Positions 1-8,907 of a DNA stretch of 64,000 nt are shown piece by piece. This stretch comes from Chloroflexota bacterium (GTDB taxonomy: Bacteria > Chloroflexota > Anaerolineae > Anaerolineales > VGOW01), in contig JACPWC010000071.1 of the NCBI GenBank assembly GCA_016197225.1, forward strand, positions 14,217-78,216, given 5' to 3'. Each line of letters opens with the position of its first letter. The stretch's first letter is position 1. Below the pieces are notes generated by a model. It worked only from the letters and a program-made list of their open reading frames with translations. It did not search any database and was not told the DNA's origin. Position numbers and translations under genes: made by a program.

Positions 1-1
1 A

Positions 2-958
2 CCGACGTTTTCACAAGCCTGCGCGACTTCAGCGCGCGTGATCGGGAGCGCGGCCTACGAAGTGGAAGCCGGGGACGGCGGGGGAAACGTTGTTCTATGC
101 CTCACCGCCGACCGCACCTCAAACGGGCCGCACCTGACGTACCCGAATCCTGCCAACCCCGGCGGCAAGCCCGACGCCGAAGACTGGGTGTGGGACAATT
201 TCAACTGCGACCCCTTCGCCCGCAATGCGATGATTGAGACGGCGGAAAACGTGGCCCGCGAACAAGAGATCACGGCTCAAGAACAACACGAAGTGATGTT
301 GATGCGCTACGGCCAATATCAAGAGTCGCTCAAAGACGAGGCGGCTTTCCACAAAAAGTATATGGTCACGCCGGTTGAGGTGAATCCATCCGGCAAAAAA
401 GTGGTCGCCACCGTGAAAGACGATGAAGGCGTGTTCCCAACCACCGCTGAAGGACTGGCGAAGCTCAAGCCGGTTGTGCCGAACGGCACGGTCACATTCG
501 GGGCGCAAACCTACCCCGCCGATGGCAACGCCGGAATGATCGTCACTTCGAAAGAGCGGGCGGCTGAACTCAGCCGTGATCGCCAGGTCGAAATTCAAAT
601 TCTCAGCTTCGCCCAGGGGCGAGTGAAGAAGGGCTTCATGCCGATGGCGAATGTTCCGGCGGCACAGCAGGCGCTTGAACAGGCGGGCATCTCGATCAAT
701 AATGTGAAGGCCATCAAGACTCACAACCCGTTCGCGGTGAACGACATCTACTTCTCGCGCGAGATGGGCGTGAGGAAGGAAGCGATGAACAACTACGGCT
801 CGTCGCTTATCTGGGGCCACCCGCAGGGGCCAACCGGGATGCGGCTGATTATGGAATTGATCGAAGAGCTGGTTCTGCTCGGCGGCGGCTACGGGTTGTT
901 CACCGGCTGCGCGGCGGGCGACACGGCGGCGGCGGTGGTGGTGAAGGTGGGAAGTTAG
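2..958 (+). CDS. thiolase-family acyl-CoA acetyltransferase, 5' end cut by the window edge
   Basis: The frame is open from nt 2. Upstream residues FSQACATSARVIGSAAYEV resemble the thiolase nucleophile-Cys region. The C-terminus has GHPQGPTGMRL and GLFTGCAAGD, which are thiolase C-terminal signatures. Confidence 0.85.
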   Translation, partial: PTFSQACATSARVIGSAAYEVEAGDGGGNVVLCLTADRTSNGPHLTYPNPANPGGKPDAEDWVWDNFNCDPFARNAMIETAENVAREQEITAQEQHEVMLMRYGQYQESLKDEAAFHKKYMVTPVEVNPSGKKVVATVKDDEGVFPTTAEGLAKLKPVVPNGTVTFGAQTYPADGNAGMIVTSKERAAELSRDRQVEIQILSFAQGRVKKGFMPMANVPAAQQALEQAGISINNVKAIKTHNPFAVNDIYFSREMGVRKEAMNNYGSSLIWGHPQGPTGMRLIMELIEELVLLGGGYGLFTGCAAGDTAAAVVVKVGS

Positions 959-988
959 AGATTAGAGAATTGGAGATTGGAGATTGCA
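954..988. repeat. heptamer tandem array (TTAGAGA/TTGGAGA units) spanning the thiolase stop codon and the next gene start
   Basis: Sequence gttagagattagagaattggagattggagattgcag has 7-nt periodicity and contains the TAG stop at 956-958 plus several GGAG cores. Confidence 0.8.
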
Positions 989-1909
989 GTGGACGAAGTG
1001 CATGTAGTGACTGGCGCGTTTGGGTACACCGGGCGATATATCACCCGGCGGTTGCTGGCGAGGGGAATCACGGTCAAAACGTTGACCGGCCACCCTGACC
1101 GCCCCAACCCCTTTGGCGATCAGGTGAGCGCCATGCCGTTCAACTTCGACAAGCCCGCTGAGTTGACGAAGAGTCTCGAAGGCGCGAGCGTGCTGTACAA
1201 CACTTACTGGGTGCGCTTCTCGCACGGACAGAACACGCACGAGCGGGCGGTTGCCAACACCCAGACTCTGATCCGGGCCGCTGAAGAAGCGGGCGTGAAA
1301 CGCATGGTTCACGTCAGCATCGCCAAGCCGTCGCTGGACTCGACGCTCCCCTACTATCGCGGCAAGGCGATTATGGAGCAGACTTTGCGCGAGTCAAAAC
1401 TCTCGTATGCCATCTTGCGCCCGACCGTGCTGTTCGGCGTTGAGGCAGGCGAGGACGTGCTCATCAACAACATTGCCTGGCTCCTGCGGCGTTTCCCGGC
1501 GTTCGCCATCCCCGGCGCGGGCGGCTACAAACTCCAGCCAATCTACGTCGAAGACCTGGCCGACCTTGCCGTTAGCGTCGGCCAACAATCAGAAAATGTG
1601 GTCATCAACGCCGTTGGCCCGGAGATATTCACTTTCGATGAACTGGTGCGGTTGGTTGCCAAAGCAGTCAACAGCCGGGCGTGGATCGTCCACGTGCCGC
1701 CGGGTCTGGCGCTGGCTCTGGCTCAATTGATCAGCCTGCTCGTCGGGGACGTGATGCTGACCGGCGACGAAGTGGCCGGGTTGATGGGCGATCTGCTCTT
1801 CGTCGATTCGCCGCCGCCGGGCCAGAAGCGCCTGAGCGAGTGGCTGGCCCAAAACGCGAAGGAAGTCGGCGCGCGTTATGCTTCCGAGTTGGGGCGGCAT
1901 TTCAAATAG
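977..1909 (+). CDS. NAD(P)-binding NmrA/atypical-SDR-like protein (epimerase/dehydratase fold)
   Basis: N-terminal Rossmann motif VTGAFGYTGRYI and a length of about 300 aa. The start is uncertain (TTG 977 or GTG 989/998). Confidence 0.7.
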   Translation: MEIAVDEVHVVTGAFGYTGRYITRRLLARGITVKTLTGHPDRPNPFGDQVSAMPFNFDKPAELTKSLEGASVLYNTYWVRFSHGQNTHERAVANTQTLIRAAEEAGVKRMVHVSIAKPSLDSTLPYYRGKAIMEQTLRESKLSYAILRPTVLFGVEAGEDVLINNIAWLLRRFPAFAIPGAGGYKLQPIYVEDLADLAVSVGQQSENVVINAVGPEIFTFDELVRLVAKAVNSRAWIVHVPPGLALALAQLISLLVGDVMLTGDEVAGLMGDLLFVDSPPPGQKRLSEWLAQNAKEVGARYASELGRHFK

Positions 1910-1925
1910 AGATTGGAGGTTGGAG
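1907..1925. repeat. short TTGGAGR heptamer array covering a stop codon, SD and start context
   Basis: tagagattggaggttggag lies directly before ATG 1926. It includes the TAG stop of the upstream gene and GGAG cores. Confidence 0.7.
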
Positions 1926-2333
1926 ATGACGAGACCCATCCGTGTGCTTATTTCCAAACCCGGACTCGACGGCCACGACCGGGGGGCCAAGGTGGTGGCG
2001 ATTGCCCTGCGTAATGCTGGGTTTGAAGTCATCTACACCGGCCTGCATCAAACTGTCGATCAAATTGTCGAAGCGGCAACGCAGGAAGATGCGGACGTGA
2101 TCGGCCTCTCGGTCCTCTCCGGCGCTCACTTGCCGATTGCGCGAAAGTTGATGGCGAAATTGCGCGAGGCCAAAATGGATGACGCGCTGGTGATGGTCGG
2201 CGGCAATATCCCGGAGCGCGACGTTGCGCCGCTGAAAGAATTGGGTGTGGCCGGCGTCTTCCCCACCGGAAGCAGTTTTGACGCTATCGCCGCCTTCATC
2301 CGCGAGCGAGCAGGCGAAACAGCAAACATATAA
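1926..2333 (+). CDS. B12-binding small subunit/domain of a methylmalonyl-CoA-mutase-family enzyme
   Basis: RVLISKPGLDGHDRGAKVVAIALRNAGFEVIYTG ... VIGLSVLSGAH ... VMVGGNIP matches the canonical DxHxxG/SxL/GG cobalamin-binding domain. Confidence 0.9.
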   Translation: MTRPIRVLISKPGLDGHDRGAKVVAIALRNAGFEVIYTGLHQTVDQIVEAATQEDADVIGLSVLSGAHLPIARKLMAKLREAKMDDALVMVGGNIPERDVAPLKELGVAGVFPTGSSFDAIAAFIRERAGETANI

Positions 2334-2345
2334 GTGGAGAAAACT

Positions 2346-3164
2346 ATGAACACGGAAATGTTGAAAATCGGCGGCGATTCAATCGCCATCTATCAGAGCC
2401 AGGGCAAAGGGCCGGCGGCGCTGCTCGTCCACGGCAACTCCTGCTCAAGCCGGTCGTATCAACGCCAGCTTGAGGGCGCGTTCGGCGAGAAGTTCCGGCT
2501 GGTGGCAATGGACTTGCCCGGCCACGGGCAATCGTCGCCCGCGTCCGACCCGGCGACCTATTCCCTGCCCGGTTACGCCGAAGTCGTGGTGGAAGTCGCC
2601 AAACAACTCGGCCTGGCCGAAGCCGTGTTTGTAGGCTGGAGTTTGGGCGGGCATATTGTGTTGGAAGCGAGCGGTCAACTGCCAAAGGCCGCCGGCTGGA
2701 TGATTTTCGGCGCGCCGCCGCTGGCGTTTCCTCCGGCGATGGCCGAGGCCTTCCTGCCCAACCCGGCGGTGGCGGTCGGCTTCAAGCCCGACCTGACCGA
2801 CGAGGAAGCGGCGGCTTACGCCGCCTCGTTTTTCAAGCCGGGCACGCCAACTCCCGATTCGTTTTTGGAAGATATTCGCCGCACGGATGGCCGGGCGCGA
2901 TTGGGGCTGGGCGGCAGTATTCGCCCGGACGGTTATAAAGATGAGGTTGAAATTGTGGCCAATCTCTCGGTGCCGTTGGCAATTCTTCACGGCGAGCACG
3001 AGCAACTCGTCAACCGAGCCTACATCAGCGCCTTGAAAATGCCTGGCCTCTGGCGCGGCGCAGTCCAAATTGTCGGCGACGCCGGACACGCGCCTCACTG
3101 GGAGCAACCGGATCAGTTCAACTCGCTCCTTGAAGCGTTCCTGCTGGAAACGGCCAAACGATAA
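2346..3164 (+). CDS. alpha/beta-fold hydrolase
   Basis: GWSLGGH nucleophile elbow, HGNSCSS near the N-terminus, and GDAGHAPHWEQP near the C-terminus. GTG 2334 is an alternative start. Confidence 0.8.
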   Translation: MNTEMLKIGGDSIAIYQSQGKGPAALLVHGNSCSSRSYQRQLEGAFGEKFRLVAMDLPGHGQSSPASDPATYSLPGYAEVVVEVAKQLGLAEAVFVGWSLGGHIVLEASGQLPKAAGWMIFGAPPLAFPPAMAEAFLPNPAVAVGFKPDLTDEEAAAYAASFFKPGTPTPDSFLEDIRRTDGRARLGLGGSIRPDGYKDEVEIVANLSVPLAILHGEHEQLVNRAYISALKMPGLWRGAVQIVGDAGHAPHWEQPDQFNSLLEAFLLETAKR

Positions 3165-3174
3165 AGGTCGGCCA

Positions 3175-3342
3175 TGCTGTGTGGTCGCCAATGCCACCGG
3201 CTGTGTGGAGGTCTGCACCAGAGTCTACCCGTACACTGCCTGGCGCGTGCCGTGGATTAACAACGGCTTCGAGGATGCGGCGGCCACCATTAGCGGAGTC
3301 GAAACCGCATATAAAGCCATAAAGCGACGCGGCGATCTCCCG
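3175..3342 (+). pseudogene. remnant of a 2-oxoacid:ferredoxin oxidoreductase beta (TPP-binding) subunit
   Basis: CCVVANATGCVEVCTRVYPYTAWRVPWINNGFEDAAATISGVETAYKA resembles the conserved ATGC...YP.TAW.VPWIH..FEN.AA..SG block of PorB/KorB-type subunits. Only about 55 codons are present, with no N- or C-terminal remainder. Confidence 0.45.
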
Positions 3343-3447
3343 GCGCGGAAGGCCATTGAAGCCCGCGTGCCGGGGAAGGCAAAGGAGATCAATCGCCGGG
3401 TGTTTGAAAGAGGGGGAGGCGTTGAAATAAGCAGGCACTCGGCGGCG

Positions 3448-3654
3448 CTAAACCGTCACCGACTCAGAGCGCATGGAGGCCTTTACCAGGCCTGAGAGAA
3501 ATTCGCTGGCGCGGAGTATTTCGAGCAGAACCGGGCGGTCATCCGGATCGAGGTGGAGAATAAGGGAGCCCACATGTTCGGCGTGGTCAATCGTGGCGGA
3601 AGCATCCAGCTCGATGGTCAGGATGTCTTCTTCACGGTCGTAGCTAACTTTCAT
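3448..3654 (-). CDS. DUF2283-like small protein (putative antitoxin partner)
   Basis: 68 aa. MKVSYDREEDILTIELD...ILHLDPDDRPVLLEIL is typical of DUF2283. It overlaps the upstream DUF4258-like gene by 11 nt. Confidence 0.7.
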   Translation of the reverse strand: MKVSYDREEDILTIELDASATIDHAEHVGSLILHLDPDDRPVLLEILRASEFLSGLVKASMRSESVTV

Positions 3655-3913
3655 ATCGCTGCCTCCTGCCCGGGTAAAATGTGATTATGACTTTATCATC
3701 GCCTTCAATACGAAATACTACCCGGAGAACATGCTTTTCGTCAAAACCTTTTTGGGCTACTGGCGGGTCTTGGTCGGTTTCGACTTTATCAGGCGCATTG
3801 ACGGTATCAATGACCTGAGCCTCTGTTACCACAAACTTGTGGCGGGCGAGTATTTCGAACTTTTCCCGCGCATGTTGGGTGAAACGGACGGCCATTGACA
3901 ACGATTGTATCAC
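3644..3913 (-). CDS. DUF4258-like small protein (putative toxin partner)
   Basis: 89 aa. The FTQHAREKFEILARHKF...VVFRIEGDDKVIITFYP pattern is typical of DUF4258, and it is paired with DUF2283. Confidence 0.65.
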   Translation of the reverse strand: MIQSLSMAVRFTQHAREKFEILARHKFVVTEAQVIDTVNAPDKVETDQDPPVAQKGFDEKHVLRVVFRIEGDDKVIITFYPGRRQRYES

Positions 3914-3930
3914 AACGGTGAGAGGAAGTT

Positions 3931-5523
3931 ATGCCCGACAAAAATCGTGATGTGATTCTAGAATCAGGCATCCCCGTCAAACCCGTTTACGGGCCGGAAG
4001 ACCTCAAGGAGGCTGACGGCATTGGCGGGCCGGGCGAATTCCCGTTCACGCGCGGAATCCATCCGCTCATGTATCGCGCCCGCCCGTGGACGATGCGCCA
4101 GTATGCCGGCTTCGGCACGCCCGCCGAGACCAACGAGCGCTTCAAGTTCCTCATCGGCAACGGGCAGAACGCGCTTAACGTCGCCTTCGATCTGCCGACG
4201 CAGATGGGATTGGACTCCGACGACCCGCTGGCCGAGGGCGAAGTGGGGCGGGTGGGGATGGCGGTGGACACGTTGGCGGACATGGAGACCGCCTTTGACG
4301 GCATCCCCATCGAGAAAATCAGCGTCTCGCTCACCATCAACGCCGTGGCCGCGCCAATTATGGCGATGTATCTCGTCGTGGCCGAGAAGCATGGCGTCCC
4401 GCTCACTGACGTTCGCGGGACTTCGCAGAACGACATTCTCAAAGAATACATAGGGCGCGGAGCGTGGATTTTCCCGGTGGAGCACGGCATCCGGCTGGTG
4501 ACGGACACGATTGAGTTCTGCGCCAAGCAAGCGCCGAAGTATTACCCGGTGAGCGTGTGCGGCTATCACATCCGCGAGTCGGGCGCGAACCCGGTGCAGG
4601 AGATCGCTTACGCTTATTGCATCGCCCGCGCCTACATTCGCGAAGCGCTGGGGCGCGGCCTGAACGTGGACGACTTCGCCGAACGGCTCTCGTTCAACTT
4701 CGACATCTTCGGCAACCTCTTCGAACAGGTGGCAAAATTTCGGGCGGCGCGCAAGCTGTGGGCCAAAATTCTGCGCGACGAGTTCGGGGCGCAGAAGCCG
4801 GGCACGATGCAGATGAAGATGATCGCCGGGGGCGGCGGCGGCGGCCTGACCATTGAACAACCGGAAAACAATATCGTGCGCGGCGCGTATTACGCCCTCA
4901 TCTCCGCCCTCTCCGGCGCGCAAACGATGGCCCTGTGTTCATACGACGAAGCCTACACCATCCCCACTGAGAAGGCGGCGTTGATTTCCCTGCGGACGAT
5001 GCAAATTCTGGTGGAAGAGATGGGATTGTGTGACACCGCCGACCCGCTGGGCGGCTCCTACTATGTCGAATGGCTGACGAACGAAATGGAGCATCGCATC
5101 GCCGCCGAGATGAAGCGCGTGGACGGCGAGATGGGCGGCATTGTTCGCGCCGTGAGCGAGGGCGCGGTGCAACGCGAGGTGGCGCATCAGGCCTTGAAGG
5201 TTGAGCAAGGGTTGCAGGACGGGACGATTCCCAAAGTCGGCGTCAACCGGTATCGAATGAATGAAGAAAGCCGCGACGTTGAATTGCACGACTACAAACC
5301 GGAGCAGGCCGAAGACGCCATCCGCCGACTCAGCGCCGTTCGCGCCAGCCGCGATTCACAGGCAGTGGCCTCGGCGCTGGAGAAAGTGCGCGAGGCGGCG
5401 GCGGACGGCCAGAACGTGATGCCGGCGATGATGGACGCTGTGCGGGCTTACGCAACGCTGGGCGAGATCACCAAGACGTTGAAGGAAGTGTTTGGCGTGT
5501 TTCGAGAGCCGGTGCGGTTGTAA
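3931..5523 (+). CDS. methylmalonyl-CoA-mutase-family catalytic (TIM-barrel) large subunit, without a B12 domain
   Basis: FPFTRGIHPLMYRARPWTMRQYAGFGT, NALNVAFDLPTQMGLDSD and YHIRESGANPVQEIAY are hallmark mutase blocks. The 530-aa protein ends before any cobalamin-binding domain. Confidence 0.9.
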   Translation: MPDKNRDVILESGIPVKPVYGPEDLKEADGIGGPGEFPFTRGIHPLMYRARPWTMRQYAGFGTPAETNERFKFLIGNGQNALNVAFDLPTQMGLDSDDPLAEGEVGRVGMAVDTLADMETAFDGIPIEKISVSLTINAVAAPIMAMYLVVAEKHGVPLTDVRGTSQNDILKEYIGRGAWIFPVEHGIRLVTDTIEFCAKQAPKYYPVSVCGYHIRESGANPVQEIAYAYCIARAYIREALGRGLNVDDFAERLSFNFDIFGNLFEQVAKFRAARKLWAKILRDEFGAQKPGTMQMKMIAGGGGGGLTIEQPENNIVRGAYYALISALSGAQTMALCSYDEAYTIPTEKAALISLRTMQILVEEMGLCDTADPLGGSYYVEWLTNEMEHRIAAEMKRVDGEMGGIVRAVSEGAVQREVAHQALKVEQGLQDGTIPKVGVNRYRMNEESRDVELHDYKPEQAEDAIRRLSAVRASRDSQAVASALEKVREAAADGQNVMPAMMDAVRAYATLGEITKTLKEVFGVFREPVRL

Positions 5524-5528
5524 GAGTA

Positions 5529-5600
5529 AACAGTAACCAGTGAACAGTCAGCAGCAGTGTTCACTGTTCACTGATGACTGTTCACTATTCACTCCTCATG
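5529..5600. repeat. GTTCACT/GTGAACA heptamer array with internal inverted repeat
   Basis: aaacagtaaccagtgaacagtcagcagcagtgttcactgttcactgatgactgttcactattcactcc. The pair cagtgaacag / ctgttcactg forms an inverted repeat. Confidence 0.8.
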
Positions 5601-6776
5601 CCTTTGCTCTCCTCTCTCACCGTCCTCTCTCTCGAACAAGCCACGACTCTCCCGTTCCTAACTCAGCGTTTAGCGCGGGAAGGAGCGCGAGTGATTCGCA
5701 TCGAGACTCCGGGGCGCGGCGACCCGAACCGCTATGTGGGCAAAAAGTTCCTCGATGAAGACGGCATGGCCAGTTACTTCCTGCCGAACAACTGCGGCAA
5801 GCAAGCCATCACCCTCAACCTCGCCGAAGCCGAAGGCCGCTCAATCCTTCAATCTCTAATCTCTAATCTCCCCGTAGACATCTTCGCCACCAACAACCGC
5901 CCGTCCAGTTATCACAAACTTGGCATTGACTACGAGACTATCAAGACCATCCGACCAAACATCATCTGGCTCGGCACCACCGGCTTTGGCCCGGACTCGG
6001 ACGAAGCGGCCTACGACCCGGTTCTGCAAGCCCGCGCCGGTTGGATGGACTTGACCGGCGAACCGGACGGCTCACCGCTCGTCTTTGGCTTGCCGATGGT
6101 TGATCTTGGCGCATCTGAGCACGCTTACGGCGCGTTGATGAAAGCACTGTACCGACGCGCCGTGACTGGCGAAGGAAGCCGAATTGATATTTCCATGTTC
6201 CGGTCAACCGTCTCCTGGATGGCAAGCCCGATCATGCTCACCGCCCTCGGCGAACGGGTGACCCGACGCGGCAACACTCACCAGTTTTTCGCCCCGGCCT
6301 CGGTTTACCCGACTCGCGATGGCTACGTTTACGTGGCCGTCGGCAATGACCGGCAGTGGGAGGCCATCACCAAACTGCCCGGCTTCGAGTCGCTGGCCGA
6401 CGAAACGTATCAACGCAACGCGGGCCGAATCGCCGATGTGGAGAAACTGAACCGGCGACTCGCCGACTGCACCCGAACCATGAGCGTCGCCGATCTCGCA
6501 ACCGCCCTGAACAGCATTGGCGTGCCAATTGCCAAAGTGAACACGCTCCGAGACGTGCTGGAAGACCCTCTGCTGAAAAAGGAATTTACCAACGTTCGCG
6601 ATGAGAGAAGCGGCACAGAAGTGATCCTGCCACCGCTGGCTGAGGCCGGGGTAATTCGTGAATTGCCCCTACGCTTCCCGCCGCGCCTCGGCGAACACAA
6701 CGAGGCGATTTACGGCGAAGCGCTCGGCTTCGATTCCCGAAAAATCGCCAGCCTGAAAGAACACGGTATCATCTGA
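5598..6776 (+). CDS. family III CoA-transferase (CaiB/BaiF-like)
   Basis: LTVLSLEQATTLPFLTQRLAREGARVIRIE is an N-terminal CoA-transferase III pattern, with GFGPDS and a ~390-aa length. ATG 5598 was chosen over the longer ORF start at 5574. Confidence 0.8.
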   Translation: MPLLSSLTVLSLEQATTLPFLTQRLAREGARVIRIETPGRGDPNRYVGKKFLDEDGMASYFLPNNCGKQAITLNLAEAEGRSILQSLISNLPVDIFATNNRPSSYHKLGIDYETIKTIRPNIIWLGTTGFGPDSDEAAYDPVLQARAGWMDLTGEPDGSPLVFGLPMVDLGASEHAYGALMKALYRRAVTGEGSRIDISMFRSTVSWMASPIMLTALGERVTRRGNTHQFFAPASVYPTRDGYVYVAVGNDRQWEAITKLPGFESLADETYQRNAGRIADVEKLNRRLADCTRTMSVADLATALNSIGVPIAKVNTLRDVLEDPLLKKEFTNVRDERSGTEVILPPLAEAGVIRELPLRFPPRLGEHNEAIYGEALGFDSRKIASLKEHGII

Positions 6777-6826
6777 TCACCGTTCACCGTTCACTGATCA
6801 CTGATTACTGTTCACTGGAGACTGAG
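6774..6826. repeat. GTTCACY/GATCACT heptamer array
   Basis: tgatcaccgttcaccgttcactgatcactgattactgttcactggagac covers the stop codon of the CoA-transferase and ends with a GGAG before ATG 6828. Confidence 0.8.
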
Positions 6827-6827
6827 A

Positions 6828-8903
6828 ATGCGATTGGGAATTGACGTCGGCGGCACCTTCACCGACTTTGTTTTGCTCGACGATGCCACCGGGCAGGTCA
6901 ACACCTACAAGTGCCTCACCACGCCCCGCGATCCCTCGGACGCGATTGAAGAAGGCGTTCGCGGGCTGGCCGATCAGGTTCCCGATCACGTCGAACGGCT
7001 GGAAGAGATTATTCACGGCACGACGCTGGTCATCAACGCCATCATTGAGCGCAAAGGCGCGCGCACCGGCTTGATTACGACCCAGGGCTTTCGCGACGTG
7101 CTGGAACTCGGGCGCGAGATTCGTTACGCGCCCTACGATGTCTTCGCCGAAGTCCCGGAGCCGCTCGTTCCCCGCCACCGCCGACTGGAAGTGGTCGAGC
7201 GCCTGCGCGCCGACGGGACTGTCGTGAGGCCGCTTGATGAATCAGAAGCGCGGGAGACAGTGCGGGCGCTGAAAGAGATGGACGTTGAGTCCATCGCCGT
7301 CTGTTTGCTCAACTCATTCGAGAACCCGGCGCACGAACTGGCCCTCAAACGACTCATCTGTGAAGAATTTCCATCGGCTTCTGTTTCAATTTCATACGAA
7401 GTCCTGCCGCAAATCCGCGAATACGAGCGCACCAGCACCACCGTCACCAACGCCTACGTCAAACCGCTCACCGAAAAATATCTGCGGGCGCTCTACAACC
7501 GGCTGGCCTCGCTCGGCTTCAGCGGACGGCTGTTCATCATGCTGTCCAGCGGCGGAGTCACCTCTGCGGAAACTGCCGCCGAGTTTCCCGTCCGCATTAT
7601 CGAGTCCGGGCCGACGGCGGCGGTCATCGCCGGGCAATACTACAGCCGCCTGTTCAATTTGCCGGAAATGTTCTGCTTCGACATGGGCGGCACCACGGCC
7701 AAGTCGTGTTTGATTCAGGAAGGCATCGCCGGGGTTGTGCCGACGTTTGAAGTGGGGCGCGTCCAACGCTTCATGAAGGGAAGCGGCCTTACCATTCAAG
7801 TGCCGGTTGTAGACTTGATGGAGATCGGCGCGGGCGGCGGGAGTATCGCCCGCATGAGCCGCCTCGGCACTTTGCAAGTGGGGCCGCAGAGCGCGGGCGC
7901 GGAGCCGGGGCCGATTTGCTACGGTCGCGGCGGCGTTGAGCCAACCGTCACCGACGCCGATTTGCTGTTGGGCTATCTCGACGCCGATTACTTTCTCGGC
8001 GGCACAATGAAGCTGGATGTTGAGGCGGCCAAACATGGGATCGAAGAACGAGTCGCCAAACCGCTGGGCGTGTCTTATCTTCAAGCCGTGTGGGGCATTC
8101 ACGACCTGATCAACGAGACGATGGCCGCCGCCGCCAAGACGCACATCGCCGAGCGCGGCGGCAACCCGCAGGTGGTCACCGTCGCCGCCTTTGGCGGGGC
8201 GGGGCCGGTTCACGCTTACGGGCTGGCGCGCAAGCTCGGCGCGCCGCGCCTCATTGTTCCGCCCAACGCCGGAGTCGGCTCGGCGCTGGGATTCTTCACC
8301 GCCCCACGCGCCTTCGATCTGGTTCGGAGTCACAAAGCGCCTGTTCTGTCGGCGGACTTTGCGGAGATCGAATCGTTGTTCCGCGAGATGGAGGCCGAAG
8401 GCGAACGCACGTTGCGGAAGGCAGGCGCGGAGGGCGCGATTGAGTTTTTGCGTTCGGTGGATGCGCGGTTTATTGGGCAAGGTTCGGAAACGAATCTGCC
8501 GATTCCCGAACGCGATTTCACGATGCTGACTCTGGCGGACGTGCGCCGCCGCTTCGACGAAACGTATAGCCACTTGTACGGGCGCACGTATCCCGAGTCG
8601 CCAGTTGAGTTTGTCAACTTCCGGGTGCGGGCCAGTTTGCCGGTGCGGTTGCTGGAATTGCCGCGATTGCAAAACAGGAGTGGGCGCGTTCAAGACGCGA
8701 TCAAAGGCGAACGCAGAGCATTTTCCGGCCTCGCCCGCGACTTCATCCCCTTCACCGTGTACGACCGCTACAAGTTATTCCCCGGCGCGACGTTCTCCGG
8801 CCCGGCCATTGTCGAAGAGCGCGAGTCAACCGTCATCATCGGCGAAGAGGCGAGGGTGAGGGTGGATGAGTTTGGATTCTTGTGGATTGATTTGAAAGAA
8901 TAG
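6828..8903 (+). CDS. hyuA: hydantoinase/oxoprolinase A-type subunit (HyuA/acetone-carboxylase-beta-like)
   Basis: MRLGIDVGGTFTDFVL N-terminal ATPase motif, DMGGTTAK, and a 691-aa length, followed by a HyuB-type gene. Confidence 0.85.
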   Translation: MRLGIDVGGTFTDFVLLDDATGQVNTYKCLTTPRDPSDAIEEGVRGLADQVPDHVERLEEIIHGTTLVINAIIERKGARTGLITTQGFRDVLELGREIRYAPYDVFAEVPEPLVPRHRRLEVVERLRADGTVVRPLDESEARETVRALKEMDVESIAVCLLNSFENPAHELALKRLICEEFPSASVSISYEVLPQIREYERTSTTVTNAYVKPLTEKYLRALYNRLASLGFSGRLFIMLSSGGVTSAETAAEFPVRIIESGPTAAVIAGQYYSRLFNLPEMFCFDMGGTTAKSCLIQEGIAGVVPTFEVGRVQRFMKGSGLTIQVPVVDLMEIGAGGGSIARMSRLGTLQVGPQSAGAEPGPICYGRGGVEPTVTDADLLLGYLDADYFLGGTMKLDVEAAKHGIEERVAKPLGVSYLQAVWGIHDLINETMAAAAKTHIAERGGNPQVVTVAAFGGAGPVHAYGLARKLGAPRLIVPPNAGVGSALGFFTAPRAFDLVRSHKAPVLSADFAEIESLFREMEAEGERTLRKAGAEGAIEFLRSVDARFIGQGSETNLPIPERDFTMLTLADVRRRFDETYSHLYGRTYPESPVEFVNFRVRASLPVRLLELPRLQNRSGRVQDAIKGERRAFSGLARDFIPFTVYDRYKLFPGATFSGPAIVEERESTVIIGEEARVRVDEFGFLWIDLKE

Positions 8904-8907
8904 CTGT

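Noticed and set aside
3070-3495. The 141-aa ORF 3070-3495 as a functional gene.
   Set aside because: Its first 35 codons overlap the end of the hydrolase gene out of frame. Only the middle part resembles a known family (POR beta), and that part lacks the rest of the protein. It is scored as a remnant.
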